NCBI GenBank assembly: GCA_963695655.1
Contig: CAVOHG010000008.1
Location: forward strand, 13,380-77,379
Direction: 5' to 3'
Source of the DNA: an uncultured Acidobacteriota bacterium
Lineage (GTDB): Bacteria > Acidobacteriota > Vicinamibacteria > Vicinamibacterales > 2-12-FULL-66-21
DNA: 64,000 bases
Each line of letters opens with the position of its first letter. Positions within the stretch are counted from its first letter, which is position 1. Position numbers and translations under genes: made by a program. Below the pieces are notes generated by a model, which saw nothing but the letters and a program-made list of their open reading frames with translations, did not search any database and was not told where the DNA came from. Positions 1 through 11,948 of the stretch are shown here, piece by piece.

Positions 1-1810
1 CTGGACCTCGCGAGCGGCGCTGAAATCGCCGTTGCTGGCCGCAACCCGGAGAACGCTGCCGAGCGCAGGCGCCTTCATGCGCGCGGCAAGAGTCTGATTG
101 ACGATCGCCACGCGAGGCGGTTCCTGGGTCTCCGATTCGTTGAACACGCGACCTGCCGCCAGGCGCAAGCCAATCGCCTGAAACAGGTCGCCCGCGATCA
201 TCCCGCCGATGGTGTCGTTGCCACCGTCCGCACGATCGCCGGGCTCCCACACACGGATCGAGCCGCCGTTGGCGGCCCGACCGAATGTCCACACCGACGA
301 GTGGCGCGACAGTCCCGCAGCTTCCACACCCGGCAGGTGCCGCACGTCGTCGAGTAGCCGGCGGTAGAAATCATCCACGTCAGCGCCCGGGCGTTTCAAC
401 GGTCTGAGGTCGAACTGCGCTACCAGGATCCGGTCCGGCGGCGTACCGCCGGAGAACGATTGCGACTGCAATGTGTCCACCAGTTGCGACGCCGTCGCGA
501 GCAGCGCAAGGGACAGGCTCACCTGGGCGACGATGAGCACGCGTCGCATCCGCGACTGACGGGGGACCGCGTCGCTGCCCGCGCTGACGGGTCCGAGTGC
601 GGCGGAAGGCTGCCGGGCGGTCGCTCTCATCGCTGGCGCCAGGCCGAAGGCGAGTGTCGTCACCGCTGTCGTCAGAAGGGTCAAACCCAGGACGGTTCCA
701 TCGATGGGAATCGGCACGCGCAGCGGGTTGCTCGCCAGGCGCAGCGCCCACCAGGCAATCGGTACTCCTGCCGCCGCCGCGAGAAGCGCCAGGTACTGCG
801 CTCTCAATGAGCAACTGACGTATGACGCGGCCCCGTGATGCGCCGATGGCGAGCCGAACCGCAATCTCCCGGAGCCGGCGTGAGCCTCGGGCCAGCAGCA
901 GATTCGCGGCGTTCACGCATGCGAGGGCCAGGACCACGACCGGGATCGGCAGCACGATCGCTGACGTGAGGTACCAGTATTCGGGCCGTGTCCTCCAGAC
1001 CCGACTCACGTCCGCTCTCGCGGGCGATGCCGGTGCGCCCCGTGTCGCAGCCAACCGTGCCGCCACCACGTCGGACTCCGCCCGGACCTGCGCCAGTGCA
1101 ACTCCGTGCTGCAGCCGGCCGACGAAGGACAGATTGTCGTCCGTCGGCGCACCCCGTGACCCGGGCAGCACACGATCGCCAACCCACAAGGGAAGCCACA
1201 CGGCTGGCGCGGGATCGCCAGGCCTCATGTCGATACCAGCAAAGAACGGCGGGGCAACGCCAACGATCTGAACGTCAATCCCTCCGACGCGCAGTGAGCG
1301 CTCGGTGACGGCCGGGTCGCCGGCGAAGTCGCCCGCCCAGAGGCTGTATGAGATGACCGCGACCGCGGACCGACCGGCCTCGTCCCTGGAGTCGAATGCG
1401 CGGCCGATGATCGGCCTCGTGCCCAGCACCTCGAAATAATCCGGGGAGGTCAGGAACCCCGGCGCGGTCCGGACTTCCGGCAGCGCGAGACTGAACTCAT
1501 GCTGGCTGTATCCGGCAAGCCCCTGCAGACCGGCGAACGTGGCACGCATCGCGACGTAGTCCTCGGCTGAAGCCATGCGCCGCCAGCAGTCAGGCCTGCC
1601 GCAGCCCTGACTCACCGAGAGCCGGACCAGTTGCTCCTGCTGTGCAACGCCGGGGAACGGCCGGAACAGCAGCGCATTCAGGAAGGCGAACGCCGCAATG
1701 GTGACGGCCATCCCGATTGCCAGGCTTGCCACCACCGCCAGGGTGAATCCGCGGGCATGCCGGAGCGCTCGCAGCGCCTGACGGACGTCACGGCCGAGAC
1801 CGTCCAGCAC
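1..1810 (-). CDS. ADOP-type (MacB/FtsX-like) ABC permease, 3' end beyond window edge, one frameshift near 775
   Basis: The ORF 380..1810 starts MLDGLGRDVRQALRALRHARGFTLAVVASLAIG and reaches REIAVRLAIGASRGRVIRQLLIES. Hand translation of the minus strand from about 775 to 1 in the adjacent frame continues YLALLAAAAGVPIAWWALRLAS..VLIVAQVSLSLALL..RVAIVNQTLAARM. Confidence 0.85.
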
Positions 1811-1816
1811 CCCTTG

Positions 1817-2599
1817 CTACTTTCCTGGTCGCTCAGTGTTGTTGGCCGGCGATTCGCCCAGCGCGCGGTCGATCTGGGGCAGCACCTGATCGTAGATGGC
1901 GAGGAGCCGCGGCTCCATGAGGACGCAGTCGCCGAAGTATGTGGCGAGGCCGTTGCGCAGGAACGCTTCGGGGCTTGCCGTCGCGTACATCGCCTGGGTC
2001 ACGCCACGCGTTGACCCATCGAGCTGCTGCTGCGCGGCATAGACGTGCGAGATGGCGAACGCCAGGTCCGAGTCGATGTAGGCCAGCGATTGCGTCGCCA
2101 ATGCCAGCTCCCAGGCAGAATATTCGAGGAATGCCGGATCGGTTGCGTCGTCGAAATCCACCACCTTCTGCCTCGCTGCCGCGTCCAGGCTGAAATACGC
2201 CTGCACGCTCTTCAACTTGGCCACATGCTTGTCCTTCACTGCCGCGACCGCGTCCCGATTCGCCTGAAGCTCCATCCGGAAACGGCGCAAGGACGTCTCG
2301 GCAAGCTCGCGGTGGTGGACGTGTTCCCGCCACTGCTCTCCCATGAGCCCGAGGAAGACGCCGGCGCTGATCAGCAGGACCTCGAGACCAAGCTTGACGA
2401 AGGATCTCGACCGATGGGGTGGCTCGACGACAGGCGGTGTGGTCCCCTGGGCTCGTTCGGCGGGAAGGGGCGTTGCCGGGCCGGGCTCGTCTTCATCGTC
2501 GAGGTGGGGCAGGTGAACCTCTGGCACCGGGCAAACTCCTGTGACTGATCCAGTCGCATCCCCCCACCTTGCGCGGCAGAGGGCAGTAGCGTGCCTCAC
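1817..2599 (-). CDS. hypothetical membrane-anchored protein (single TM segment LGLEVLLISAGVFLGLMG); true start probably internal
   Basis: 260-aa ORF with non-shadow composition, ending 7 nt upstream of the permease start. I recognised no family. Confidence 0.5.
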   Translation of the reverse strand: MRHATALCRARWGDATGSVTGVCPVPEVHLPHLDDEDEPGPATPLPAERAQGTTPPVVEPPHRSRSFVKLGLEVLLISAGVFLGLMGEQWREHVHHRELAETSLRRFRMELQANRDAVAAVKDKHVAKLKSVQAYFSLDAAARQKVVDFDDATDPAFLEYSAWELALATQSLAYIDSDLAFAISHVYAAQQQLDGSTRGVTQAMYATASPEAFLRNGLATYFGDCVLMEPRLLAIYDQVLPQIDRALGESPANNTERPGK

Positions 2600-2629
2600 C
2601 GGCAGCCGGTGCGAAGGATACCGCAGGAT

Positions 2630-5118
2630 TCATTCGCCGGCACGCAGCGCGACCATCGGATCGATGCGCGAGGCCCGGCGCGCAGGCACGTACCCGGCGA
2701 GCAGCCCGACGGCCGTGAGAATCGCCACCATCGCGGCAAACGTTGCCGGGTCGGTAGCGGTCACACCGAAAAGAAATCCGCTCAGCACGCGAGCGAGCAC
2801 CCACGACGACAGCGTGCCCAGTGCGACGCCGCACGCGGCCAGCGCAAGCGTCTGCAGGAGAATCCGCCGCTGCACACCGGCCGCCGACGCGCCAAGCGCC
2901 ATGCGGATACCAATCTCCTGGGTACGCTGGCTGACCGAATACGAGATCAGCGCGTAAATGCCCAGCGACGCAAGCAGCAGCGCAAAGGCAGCAAAGCCGC
3001 CAAGCAACAGCGCGACGAAACGCCGCGGCGAGACGGCCTTGTCCACCAGCTGTTGCAACGGCTTGAATTCGCTGGCGCCGATGTTCGGCTCAACCGGCGC
3101 AATCGCGGCGCGAAGGCCCGGTGCAATCGACGCCACCGGCATGCTGGTGCGAACCACGAGATCGACAGAGGCGTAGTCCGGGCTCTGCCGAATCGGCAGG
3201 TAGACTTCCAACCCGCGCCCTGCTCGAGCGCGAGATGCCGGACGTCGGCGACAACGCCGACGATCCGCCGCTCCCGATCGGGGCGGATGATCTTTCCAAT
3301 CGCGTCTTCGCCGGGCCACAGGCGTCGCGCCATGGTCTCGTTGATGACGACCACGGGTTCGCTGCCGTCACGGTCCTCGGCCGACGACTCCCGTCCCGCG
3401 AGAACGCGAATCCCCATCGCCGCGATGTAGCCGTCACTCACGACGCGGACGAACGCCGTCGGATTCTGCCCGCGTTCGAACACCTTGCCTTTGACCTGTA
3501 TGCCCCAGCTGCGATTCCGGCCGAGGGGAAGCGCATCGGTCAGTCCCGCGCCGACGACGCCGGGGACATCGCGAACACGCCGCAACACCTCGTCGAAGTA
3601 GGCGTTCCGTGTCTCCGGCGTGTCGAGGCGTGCGTCCGGATCGACCCGCATGGCGGCGGTCTGCTCCGGGCGGAATCCCATGTCGACATCGAGTACCCGC
3701 AGCAGGCTTCGAATCAGCAGGCCCGCACCCACGAGCAGCACGCACGCGAACGTGATTTCGGTTACGACCAGCAGGTTGCGGATCCACTTGCGGCCGTGCG
3801 GCTCGCTGGAGCCGCGCGCCGATCCCTTCAGCGACTCCTGCGGCGCCGGGACGGCACTCTGAAGCGCCGGCGCCATCCCGAAGGCGAGCCCGGCGACGAG
3901 CGCCATCGCGACCGTGAATACGAGCGCCGTCGTATCCAGCCGGACGCTTTGAAGGAGGGGAATACTGACCGCGTCGAGGTGCGCGAGCGCCCGGGTACCG
4001 GCGAACGCGACGGCGACACCGAGCATCGCTCCGCAGCAGGACAGCACGACGCTCTCCGTCAACATCTGGCGCAGGAGACGACCACGTCCCGCGCCGAGCG
4101 CGGCTCGAATCGCCATCTCCTTCTGCCGCGTCGCCGATCGCGCCAGCAGCAGGCTCGACAGGTTTGCACACACGATCAGCATGACGACGCCAACGGCACA
4201 GCCGAGTACGACGACCGCCGGCCGCGTCCCGCCGCTGACATGCGCGGCAAGCGGCACGAGGTTCCCCTCGAAGCTGTTGCGATCGAGGGATGCTCACGGG
4301 TGATCTGCTGCCCGAGGGCACGCACTTCCGTCGCGGCTCGCTCGACTGGAACTCCCGGCTTCATCCGCGCGACGATCGCGAGCGTGTTCCCCATGCGGCT
4401 CGTCTCGGGCGTGAGCGGAAACGGAACGAACAGGTCGATGTGGCTCGCAGGCGCGAACACTGACGAGAAATCAAAGGTCGGCGGCAGCACGGCGACGACG
4501 GTGACCGCCTGATCGTTCAATGTGAGCGGTCGGCCGACGATCGAGGGATCGGACGCGAAGCGCCGCTGCCACACGTTGTGGCTCAACATGACGACCCTGG
4601 GTCCGTTGTTTCGACACTCGTCCGCGGTGAACTGCCTGCCAATCATCGGCTCCACGCCGAGCAGCGGAAAGAAATTCTGAGAGACCGGGACGGCGCTCAG
4701 ACGCTCCGGCGGACCGGTTCCGGTGAGCTTGCTGTCGCCAACGCCGTAGAAGGCGAAATACCCGGCGACATCCGAAAACGACGCGTTCCGCTCGCGCAGG
4801 TCCTGGAAGTTTGCCACCTGCGTCGTCTGACCCGACAACCCGCTGCTGTTCCGATTGGTGATCCACACGAGCTGAGCCAGGGTCGCGAAAGGGCAGCGGG
4901 CGGATGAGGACGGCGTTGGCAACGCTGAAGACGGTGGCGCTGGCGCCGATACCAAGACCGACGATCAGCGTGGCAAACCAGGTGAAGGCGGCATCGCGCC
5001 GGAGGGTTCGCGCCGCGTAGCGAAGGTCCTGCCGGAGCCCGTCGAGGAGCGCCGGCCGTCCCTCGTCGCGCGGACGGACGGTTGAGGGTTGCAGCGCCCG
5101 GCTGGAGTTCACGCTCAT
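2630..5118 (-). CDS. ADOP-type MacB/FtsX-like ABC permease, three frameshifts (about 3213, 4288, 4873)
   Basis: Four overlapping minus ORFs join into one permease: MSVNSS..DLRYAARTLRRDAAFTWFATLIVGLGIGA, then LVWITNRN..VVMLSHNVWQRRF, then LIVCANLSSLLLARSATRQKEMAIRAALGAGRGRLLRQ, ending EIGIRMALGASAAGVQRRIL..ASRIDPMVALRAGE. Confidence 0.9.
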
Positions 5119-5192
5119 GCTCGCTCATGCCTGGCTTTGACGGCATCGCGGCCGGCGGGGTTTACAGGCGCTGGAGAAGATTCATCGGCAGA

Positions 5193-5450
5193 TCACTGCC
5201 ATCCTTTCGCGATCATCGCGGTTTTCCACTGCTCGGACGTGTCCAGCACTTCGTCCTGCGTGCGGCAGACCTGCGACCGCTGAAGCGATCCTTCCACGTC
5301 CAGCCGGAGTTCCCAACCGAGTGCATGCGTCACGACATGGCATGCCGCCTCGAGCTGCCGGCCGGCCCGCATCTTGTGGACGCGGAACGCGTCACCAACG
5401 ACGACCGGATCGCCGTCCCAGTCGCGCCGCTGCAGCACGTGGATGGTCAT
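5193..5450 (-). CDS. small conserved hypothetical protein (GWELRL...SQVCR...WK motif family)
   Basis: The tail of ORF 5193..5933 from MTIHVLQ reads ..AACHVVTHALGWELRLDVEGSLQRSQVCRTQDEVLDTSEQWKTAMIAKGW, resembling small proteobacterial hypotheticals I recall. The start is uncertain. Confidence 0.45.
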   Translation of the reverse strand: MTIHVLQRRDWDGDPVVVGDAFRVHKMRAGRQLEAACHVVTHALGWELRLDVEGSLQRSQVCRTQDEVLDTSEQWKTAMIAKGWQ

Positions 5451-5591
5451 CGCGTGAGTATAGACGGAGTCGTCAGCGCAGCGCGCTCGCAGAACGTGCC
5501 GGAACTCGGTGGCGAGATCGCCGCGACTGTCGAGCTGCGAAGCCGAGCCATTCTGTTGAGGACGGAAGTAAAGGCCGGTATTCTTTAGGCG

Positions 5592-5975
5592 ATGGCTTCG
5601 ACCCAGACGGTCCTCGTCGTGGAGGACGATCCGGATTTGCGGCGCCTGTATCGGGCGGCGCTGACGTTCGCCGGCTTCGACGTCCAGATCGTCGGCGACG
5701 GCCTCGATGCGCTTCGCCGCATCGATACCGACCCGCCCTCTCTCGTCGTCCTCGATCTCTCGCTCCCGGTCATCAGCGGCGTCGTCGTCCAGCAGCAAAT
5801 CGCCTCGAGCGCGTTGACCCGCGACATCCCGGTCGTGGTGGTGACGGGCAGCCCTGAAAAAGCCGACGGCCTGAGCGTCGCGTGCGTGCTGGCGAAGCCG
5901 GTCTCGCCCGGACCGGCTGATCCGCACGGTCAAGTCGTGCCTGGCGGCAGGCGCGAGCGGCGTATCCGGCGATAG
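5592..5975 (+). CDS. single-domain response regulator (CheY-like receiver); C-terminus disturbed by an extra G near 5910
   Basis: Receiver signature: MASTQTVLVVEDDPDLRRLY...LVVLDLSLPVISG...PVVVVTG...LAKPVSP. Removing one G restores the typical KPVSPDRLIRTVKSCL. The real stop is unresolved. Confidence 0.85.
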   Translation: MASTQTVLVVEDDPDLRRLYRAALTFAGFDVQIVGDGLDALRRIDTDPPSLVVLDLSLPVISGVVVQQQIASSALTRDIPVVVVTGSPEKADGLSVACVLAKPVSPGPADPHGQVVPGGRRERRIRR

Positions 5976-6058
5976 CTCTCAGCTATCAGCTATCAGCTGT
6001 CAGCTATCAGCTCTCAGCCATCAGTCAGCTATCAGCTGTCAGCAATCAGTACTCAGCC
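5973..6058. repeat. tandem heptanucleotide array, unit TCAGCTN, about 12 units
   Basis: Sequence reads tagctc tcagcta tcagcta tcagctg tcagcta tcagctc tcagcca tcag tcagcta tcagctg tcagcaa tcagtac tcagcc. Confidence 0.9.
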
Positions 6059-6187
6059 TCCCAGCACCCACTCACAGCTGTCCAGCGCCATACGGGCACC
6101 CTCCGGTCGACGCAGGGCGCCGGCTGACGACGCTCAAACGTATAATGCGGCCACCGCGCCGACCACTCCCGCGGACCGGAGACGAGC

Positions 6188-6974
6188 ATGAGCACGACCG
6201 CTACCCTCGATCGCGCCTTCGATGTCGCGTCGATCACCGAGCGTTTCTACGTCCGGATGGCGATCGCATTCCTCGCCGTGGCGTTCATCGGATTCGCGCC
6301 AACGTACTGGGTGCCGATGGTACGCGGCACGCTCGCCGTCAGGCCGATTGCGCACGTTCATGCACTGTTCTTCTATGGCTGGCTGCTGCTGTTCCTGAAG
6401 CAGTCCTCGCTTGCGGCGTCAGGCCGGCTGGTCAGGCACCGCGAAATGGGCGTGCTCGGAGTCGCCGTCGCGACCGGGATGTGCTTCGTCGGCCTGGCGA
6501 TGGCGGTCGACAGTATCCGCACGATGGATGCTGCCGGATTCGGCGATGCGGGTCGTCGGTTCGCGATCGTGCCGGTGACGGCGATTGCGCTGTTTGCGGG
6601 GATGTTCGCGGTGGCGCTGCTCAATGTGAGCAGGCCTGAGGTGCACAAGCGCGTCCTGCTCGCCGCGACCGCCTCGCTCCTGCAGGCAGCGGTCGGCCGC
6701 TGGTTCGTGCTCGCCCTTGCGCCGCCGCGCCCTGCCGGCATGATCGGCCCTGTCGAGCCCTCCGCCGGTGGCGGTCAGCATCGGGCCAGGTCTCGTCGTG
6801 GATCTCCTGATTGTCATCGCGATGGTGCACGACCGCCGGACCACGGGACGCGTGCATCGGGCGTATTGGATCGCCCTGGCGGTCATCCTGTCGGTGCAGG
6901 TGCTGCGTGTGCCGGTGAGTGCCACGAGCGCGTGGATGCACGTCCCGCAGTGGCTGCTGGCGCTGGCACCTTAG
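6188..6974 (+). CDS. hypothetical polytopic membrane protein, frameshift near 6765
   Basis: ORF 6188..7033 has multiple hydrophobic segments up to ..LAPPRPAGMIGPVEP. ORF 6768..6974 continues with GPGLVVDLLIVIAMVHDRRTTGRVHRAYWIALAVILSV. Confidence 0.6.
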
Positions 6975-7007
6975 GCATTGCACGCGCCGTGAATCGACGC
7001 CGGCGCG

Positions 7008-8904
7008 CTACCGTGGCGCGGCCTGGGGCGTGACGGCCTCCCGGTCCCACAGGGTGTTGGTCACGTAGAGCAGGACGACTCCGCTGACGACGAAGACGGC
7101 GGTCAGCGTCAGTGCTGCGCCGGTGCGGCCGTAGAGGAAGTTGCCAATCGCGAAGAGCGATGACCAGATCGTGAGACACCCCGAAATCCACCCGACTGTC
7201 GCCTTGCCCATGGCGTCGCTGTAGAGCGCCGCCTCGGCGTCGCTGACGCCAGCGTCGCGCCGAACCCTCGCCCAGCCCGGGCCCGACGGATGCACTTTCT
7301 GGTAGAACGCGATCAGCCGCTCGCGGCTGGTCGGCGGGCTCACGTAGGCGGTGATGAGCCATGCGAACGTCGTGAAGGCAACGGAGTAGAGGACGGTGTG
7401 GGCGAACGGTAACTCGTGGCCGTTCTTCTTCATCACGAAGAACACGACCGAGATCGTGAACGAACTCACCATCGCGACCACTTCGGTCCAGGCGTTGATC
7501 CGCCACCAGAACCAGCGCAGGAGGTAGAGCAGGCCGGTGCCGGCGCCAATCGAAATCAGGACCTCGAACGCCTCCTGCGCCGAGGCCAGAACGGTGCTGA
7601 GCAGCGCCGCCAGCACGTAGAGCCCGACGGTGCAGGCACGACCGACTGCCACGTAGTGCTTCTCGGGTTTGTCGGTGGCGATGAACCGCCGATACATGTC
7701 GTGGACCAGGTACGAGGAGCCCCAGTTGAGATGGGTCAGGATGGTCGAGGAGTTCGCCGCGAGCAGGCCGCCGACCATCAGCCCGACGAATCCCGGCGGG
7801 AGAAACTTGAGCATGGCCGGAAAAGCGCTGTCGTGGCCGATCAGTCTTCGGATCGGCCCCGGGGAACGCCGCCTGGATGTCCTTCAGCTCGGGGAAGATG
7901 ATGATCGAGCAGAGTGCGGTGAGGATCCAGGGCCATGGGCGCAGGACGTAGTGGGCGAGATTGAAGAACAGCGTGCCGCCGAGGGAGTCCTTTTCGGATT
8001 TCGAGGCCAGCATCCGCTGCGCGATGTAGCTGCCGCCGCCGGGCTCCGCGCCGGGATACCAGTTCGCCCACCAGCCGATGGCAATCGGTACGATGAAGAT
8101 CATCAACGCGAGCTCGCTCAGCGCGAAGTTCGGCATCACGTCGAGGATCGGCTGGCCGCTGCCGTCGATCGGCGATAGCACCGGCTGCGCCCCCGCCTGA
8201 TAGTTGACCTGCTGCGCACCGAGCACGCGCACCAGCTCGTGAAGGCCTGAGAGTGCGCTGTTGCCGACGCCTGTGTGCCGGGCGACTTCCTTCAGTGAAA
8301 AATACGCCGCGGCGATCACGGCAGTCATCTTGATGAAGAACTGCACCATGTCGATCACGAGCACGCCCCAGAGCCCCGCGTGCGCGGCAAAGACGACGTT
8401 GAATGCGCCGCAGATCAGGATCGTCTGCCACGGCGGCAGTCCGAAGAGGATGTTGGCAATCTTGCACGCCGCGAGCGTGACCATCCCCATGATGAAGCAG
8501 TTGAAGAACAGCCCGAGGTAGATCGCACGGAAGCCGCGGACGACGGAGGCTGCCGTCCCCGAATACCGCAGCTCGTAGAACTCGAGGTCGGTCATCACGC
8601 CGGAACGGCGCCACAGCCGGGCGAAGAAAAAGACCGTCGACACACCCGTCAGCACGAACGCCCACCATTGCCAGTTGCCGGCGACGCCGTACTGCCGCAC
8701 CTGCTGCGTCACCCAGTTCGGCGTGTCGCTGCTGAACGTGGTCGCGACCATCGACAGCCCCGCCAGCCACCACGGAACCGAGCGCCCGGAGGCGAAGAAC
8801 TCCGACGTGTTCTTCCCGGCGCGGCGGGCGAAGAAGAGCGCCGGGACGAAACAGATCAGCACCGTGAGCACGACGATGACCCAGTCGATGGTGTGGAGTG
8901 TCAT
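7008..8904 (-). CDS. sodium:solute symporter (SSS) family transporter, frameshift near 7845
   Basis: Starts MTLHTIDWVIVVLTVLICF..FFASGRSVPWWLAGLSMVATTFSSDTP..GGGSYIAQRMLASKSEKDS. The next frame continues LIGHDSAFPAMLKFLPPGFVGLMVGGLLAANSSTI. Confidence 0.85.
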
Positions 8905-8962
8905 GGGATCGCTGGAGTATAAGCACCGATCACAGGTCAATTGCACGCTCGGCCGGAGGCCT

Positions 8963-11902
8963 CTACCGCGGTCGGCCGGTCTCTCGCCGGGCGCCCTCCA
9001 GGGCTTCGGACGCGGCCTTGACCGCCACGGCGGTTGGCGCGACATCGGCGTCCTGGAGGTCGGTGTAGACGCGCTGGAGTGCGGCCAGGATGGGTGCCCG
9101 GACCTCCGGCGTCATGTCACGTCTGCTCACGTCATCGATCGCGTCCGACAGCTGCTTCGACAGCGAGAACTGGCGCTGCAGCGCGAGTATCGGCGTCTTG
9201 ACCCGCGGATCCATCTCGACACTCAGCGGCCGCGTCACGCTCGTGCCGTTCGCCGTCAGCCTCACCGTGTAGGTCCCGGGCATCGCCCACACTCCGTTCG
9301 GCTCGCGCGGGGTGTCGTGGAACACCGCCGCAATCGGGAACGAACGCCGCATCCCCTCCGGCGCACGGTAGTGCAGATCCCACACGAAGCGGTGCATTCC
9401 CGTCGCGGTCGAGAGTCGGAGGGTCGGCCGGATCCAGTACGCCGGCACGTTCGACTCGTCGCGCAACGGCTCGGCCGCATCCTCGCTCGAGTACTTGCGC
9501 ACGACCGCCCCGCCGGCATCGAGGATCTCCAGCGTCACCGGTCCACTCGCCGCTGACGCCAGGTAATAGTCGACCACCGCGCCGTCTGGAGGATTCTGAC
9601 CGGCCGGTTCCTCCTGGGGGAGGGGAGTGTCGGTGTTCATGTTCCAGCGCACCCGCAGCGCACGTGCGGGCGTGAAGAGATGAACGTCAGCAACAGGCGA
9701 TGCGAGCTGCCGCAGCGGCGTGATGTCGTCCAGGATCCAGAAGCCCCGGCCGTGAGTCGCGACGACGAGGTCGTCGCCCTTGATCACGAGATCCCGGATC
9801 GACGTCGCCGGCATGTTCTGCCGCAACGCCTGCCAGTGATCGCCGTCGTCGATCGAAAAATAGACCTGCTGCTCGGTACCCGCGAACAGCAGCCCCTTCC
9901 TGACCGCATCCTCTTTGACCGTGTTGACCGCCGCGCCGTCCGGGATGCCGCTGGTGATCGCGGTCCAGGTGGCGCCGGCGTCGCGGGTGCGGTAGATATG
10001 CGGGCGCAGGTCGTCGAGGCGGAACGTATTGACGGCGGCGTACGCGCCGAGCGGATTCGAATGTGATGCGTCGATGATCGAGACCTTCGACCAGGGCGTC
10101 AGCTGTGGCGGCGTGACGTCCTTCCAGGTCTTTCCCCCGTCAGCGGTGACGTGGATCAGGCCGTCGTCGGTCCCCGCCCAGATGCGGCCGATGTCGAGGT
10201 ATGACGGCGCCACCGTGTAGATGACACCGCGCTGAGTGGAGGCCGCCGCCGGGGTATCGCGGTATTTGCCGACACTCGCCGGAACTGGCCACGCCGCTCG
10301 AGTCAGATCCGGACTGACCTTGACCCACGTCTGCCCGCCGGTGATCGTCTTCCACAGCGTGTTGGAGGCGAAGTACAGGACATGCGGATCGATCGGCGAG
10401 AACACCACCGGCTGCGTCCTGACGGTGCGATACCCTGGTCCGACCGCAGCAGGCGCGACGTCCCGCACCTGTCCTGTCCGTCGATCGAAGCGGGTGATCT
10501 TGCCGCCGTAGACGATGTCCGGATCGAGCGGATCGGGCGCGACGTATCCGTACTCCTCGACGCCTACGGGCGTCCAGTCGCGAAACGTGATTTCGCCGTA
10601 GTTGCCGCGACTTGCGACACACGCCGATCCGCTTTCCTGCTGTCCTCCACAAACCCGATACGGGAAAGCGTTGTCGGTGCTCACATGGTAGAACTGCGCG
10701 GTCGGCTGGTTGTACCAGGAGCTGAAAGTCTCGCCGCCGTTCACGGTGATGATCGCGCCCTGATCCGACGCCAGCAGGATCACGTCCGGGTTGACCGGAT
10801 CGATCCAGACGCGGTGATAGTCGTCGCCGCCCGGCGCACCGCGAAATGCGCTGAACGTCCGGCCGCCGTCAGTGGATTTCCAGGTGACGATGCTGCCGGT
10901 GAAGACGATGTCAGGGTTTTTCGGATGGACTTTGACTTCGGCGAAATCCGAAGCCCGGGACGTGAAGCGCTCGTCCGTCGTCATCCGTGTCCAGTGCTCG
11001 CCGCCGTCGTCCGATCGATAAAGGCCGTTGCGGCGTCGCGCCTCGACCGTGGCAAACAGCCGCTGCGGCATGCTCGGCGCGACGGTGATACCGATGCGAC
11101 CGAGGCCGTCCTCGGCAAACGTCGGCAGCCCGTCGACGATCGGCCGCCACGTGCTGCCGCCGTCCGTCGACTTGAACACGGCACTGTTCGGGCCGGTGAA
11201 CACGCCGTTCTCCCACGGGCCCTGGCGGGACTCCCACAGCACGGCGTAGACGTTGTCGGGGTTCTCCGGATCGAGCACGACGTCGGCGCCGCCGGTGTTC
11301 TCGTCCTTGTAGAGCACCTTCTGGAACGTGCGCGCCCCGTCGGTCGATCGGAAGATCCCGCGTTCTTCGTTAGGCCCGTACGGATGTCCGAGCACCGCCA
11401 CGAACAGCCGGTTCGGATCTTTCGGATCGACCGCGATCTGCGGAATCTGCTGTCCGTCACGCAGGCCGAGGTGTGTCCATGTTCGCCCGGCGTCCGTGGA
11501 TTTGTAGATGCCATCGCCGGTCGAAAGGTCGGGACGCTGCAGCCCTTCACCGCTGCCGACGTAGATGATGTCAGGGTCGGATGGCGCAACCGCAAGGGAA
11601 CCGATCGATCCGGTGGGCTGATCGTCGAAAATCGGGGTCCAGACCCGGCCGTAGTCCGTGGTTTTCCACACACCGCCGTTGGTCACGCCGATATAGAAAA
11701 GGCCAGGTCGCGACGGAACGCCGGCCGCAGCTTTGGTGCGCCCGCCGCGAAACGGCCCGATCATGCGCCACCGCAATTCGCCGTACATCGAGGCCGGCGG
11801 CGCCTGGGCAGAAACAAAGTTCCACGACCCGCCCAGCGCCACGACGCACAGCACACCCGCCAGTCCAACCTTGACGATCGCCCTCACTGTCACCTCACGC
11901 AC
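8963..11902 (-). CDS. secreted BNR/Sortilin-Vps10-type beta-propeller protein (glycosyl hydrolase BNR-repeat-like), intact
   Basis: 979-aa uninterrupted ORF with a signal peptide and repeated S-x-D-x-G-x-T-W motifs (KSTDAGRTWTH, RSTDGARTF, KSTDGGSTW, RSDDGGEHW, KSTDGGRTF, TADGGKTW, RTRDAGATW). Confidence 0.85.
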   Translation of the reverse strand: MREVTVRAIVKVGLAGVLCVVALGGSWNFVSAQAPPASMYGELRWRMIGPFRGGRTKAAAGVPSRPGLFYIGVTNGGVWKTTDYGRVWTPIFDDQPTGSIGSLAVAPSDPDIIYVGSGEGLQRPDLSTGDGIYKSTDAGRTWTHLGLRDGQQIPQIAVDPKDPNRLFVAVLGHPYGPNEERGIFRSTDGARTFQKVLYKDENTGGADVVLDPENPDNVYAVLWESRQGPWENGVFTGPNSAVFKSTDGGSTWRPIVDGLPTFAEDGLGRIGITVAPSMPQRLFATVEARRRNGLYRSDDGGEHWTRMTTDERFTSRASDFAEVKVHPKNPDIVFTGSIVTWKSTDGGRTFSAFRGAPGGDDYHRVWIDPVNPDVILLASDQGAIITVNGGETFSSWYNQPTAQFYHVSTDNAFPYRVCGGQQESGSACVASRGNYGEITFRDWTPVGVEEYGYVAPDPLDPDIVYGGKITRFDRRTGQVRDVAPAAVGPGYRTVRTQPVVFSPIDPHVLYFASNTLWKTITGGQTWVKVSPDLTRAAWPVPASVGKYRDTPAAASTQRGVIYTVAPSYLDIGRIWAGTDDGLIHVTADGGKTWKDVTPPQLTPWSKVSIIDASHSNPLGAYAAVNTFRLDDLRPHIYRTRDAGATWTAITSGIPDGAAVNTVKEDAVRKGLLFAGTEQQVYFSIDDGDHWQALRQNMPATSIRDLVIKGDDLVVATHGRGFWILDDITPLRQLASPVADVHLFTPARALRVRWNMNTDTPLPQEEPAGQNPPDGAVVDYYLASAASGPVTLEILDAGGAVVRKYSSEDAAEPLRDESNVPAYWIRPTLRLSTATGMHRFVWDLHYRAPEGMRRSFPIAAVFHDTPREPNGVWAMPGTYTVRLTANGTSVTRPLSVEMDPRVKTPILALQRQFSLSKQLSDAIDDVSRRDMTPEVRAPILAALQRVYTDLQDADVAPTAVAVKAASEALEGARRETGRPR

Positions 11903-11948
11903 GCAGTCTACTGCGCACGCGCTCGAGGGTTCTACGGTTCGAGGGCCG

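Noticed and set aside
5973-6640. The response regulator reading through the heptamer array into ORF 6145..6639 after the frameshift at 5910 is corrected.
   Set aside because: The resulting extension is repeat-encoded and Arg-rich junk that overlaps a well-supported membrane-protein frame. A second nearby indel or an earlier stop is more likely.
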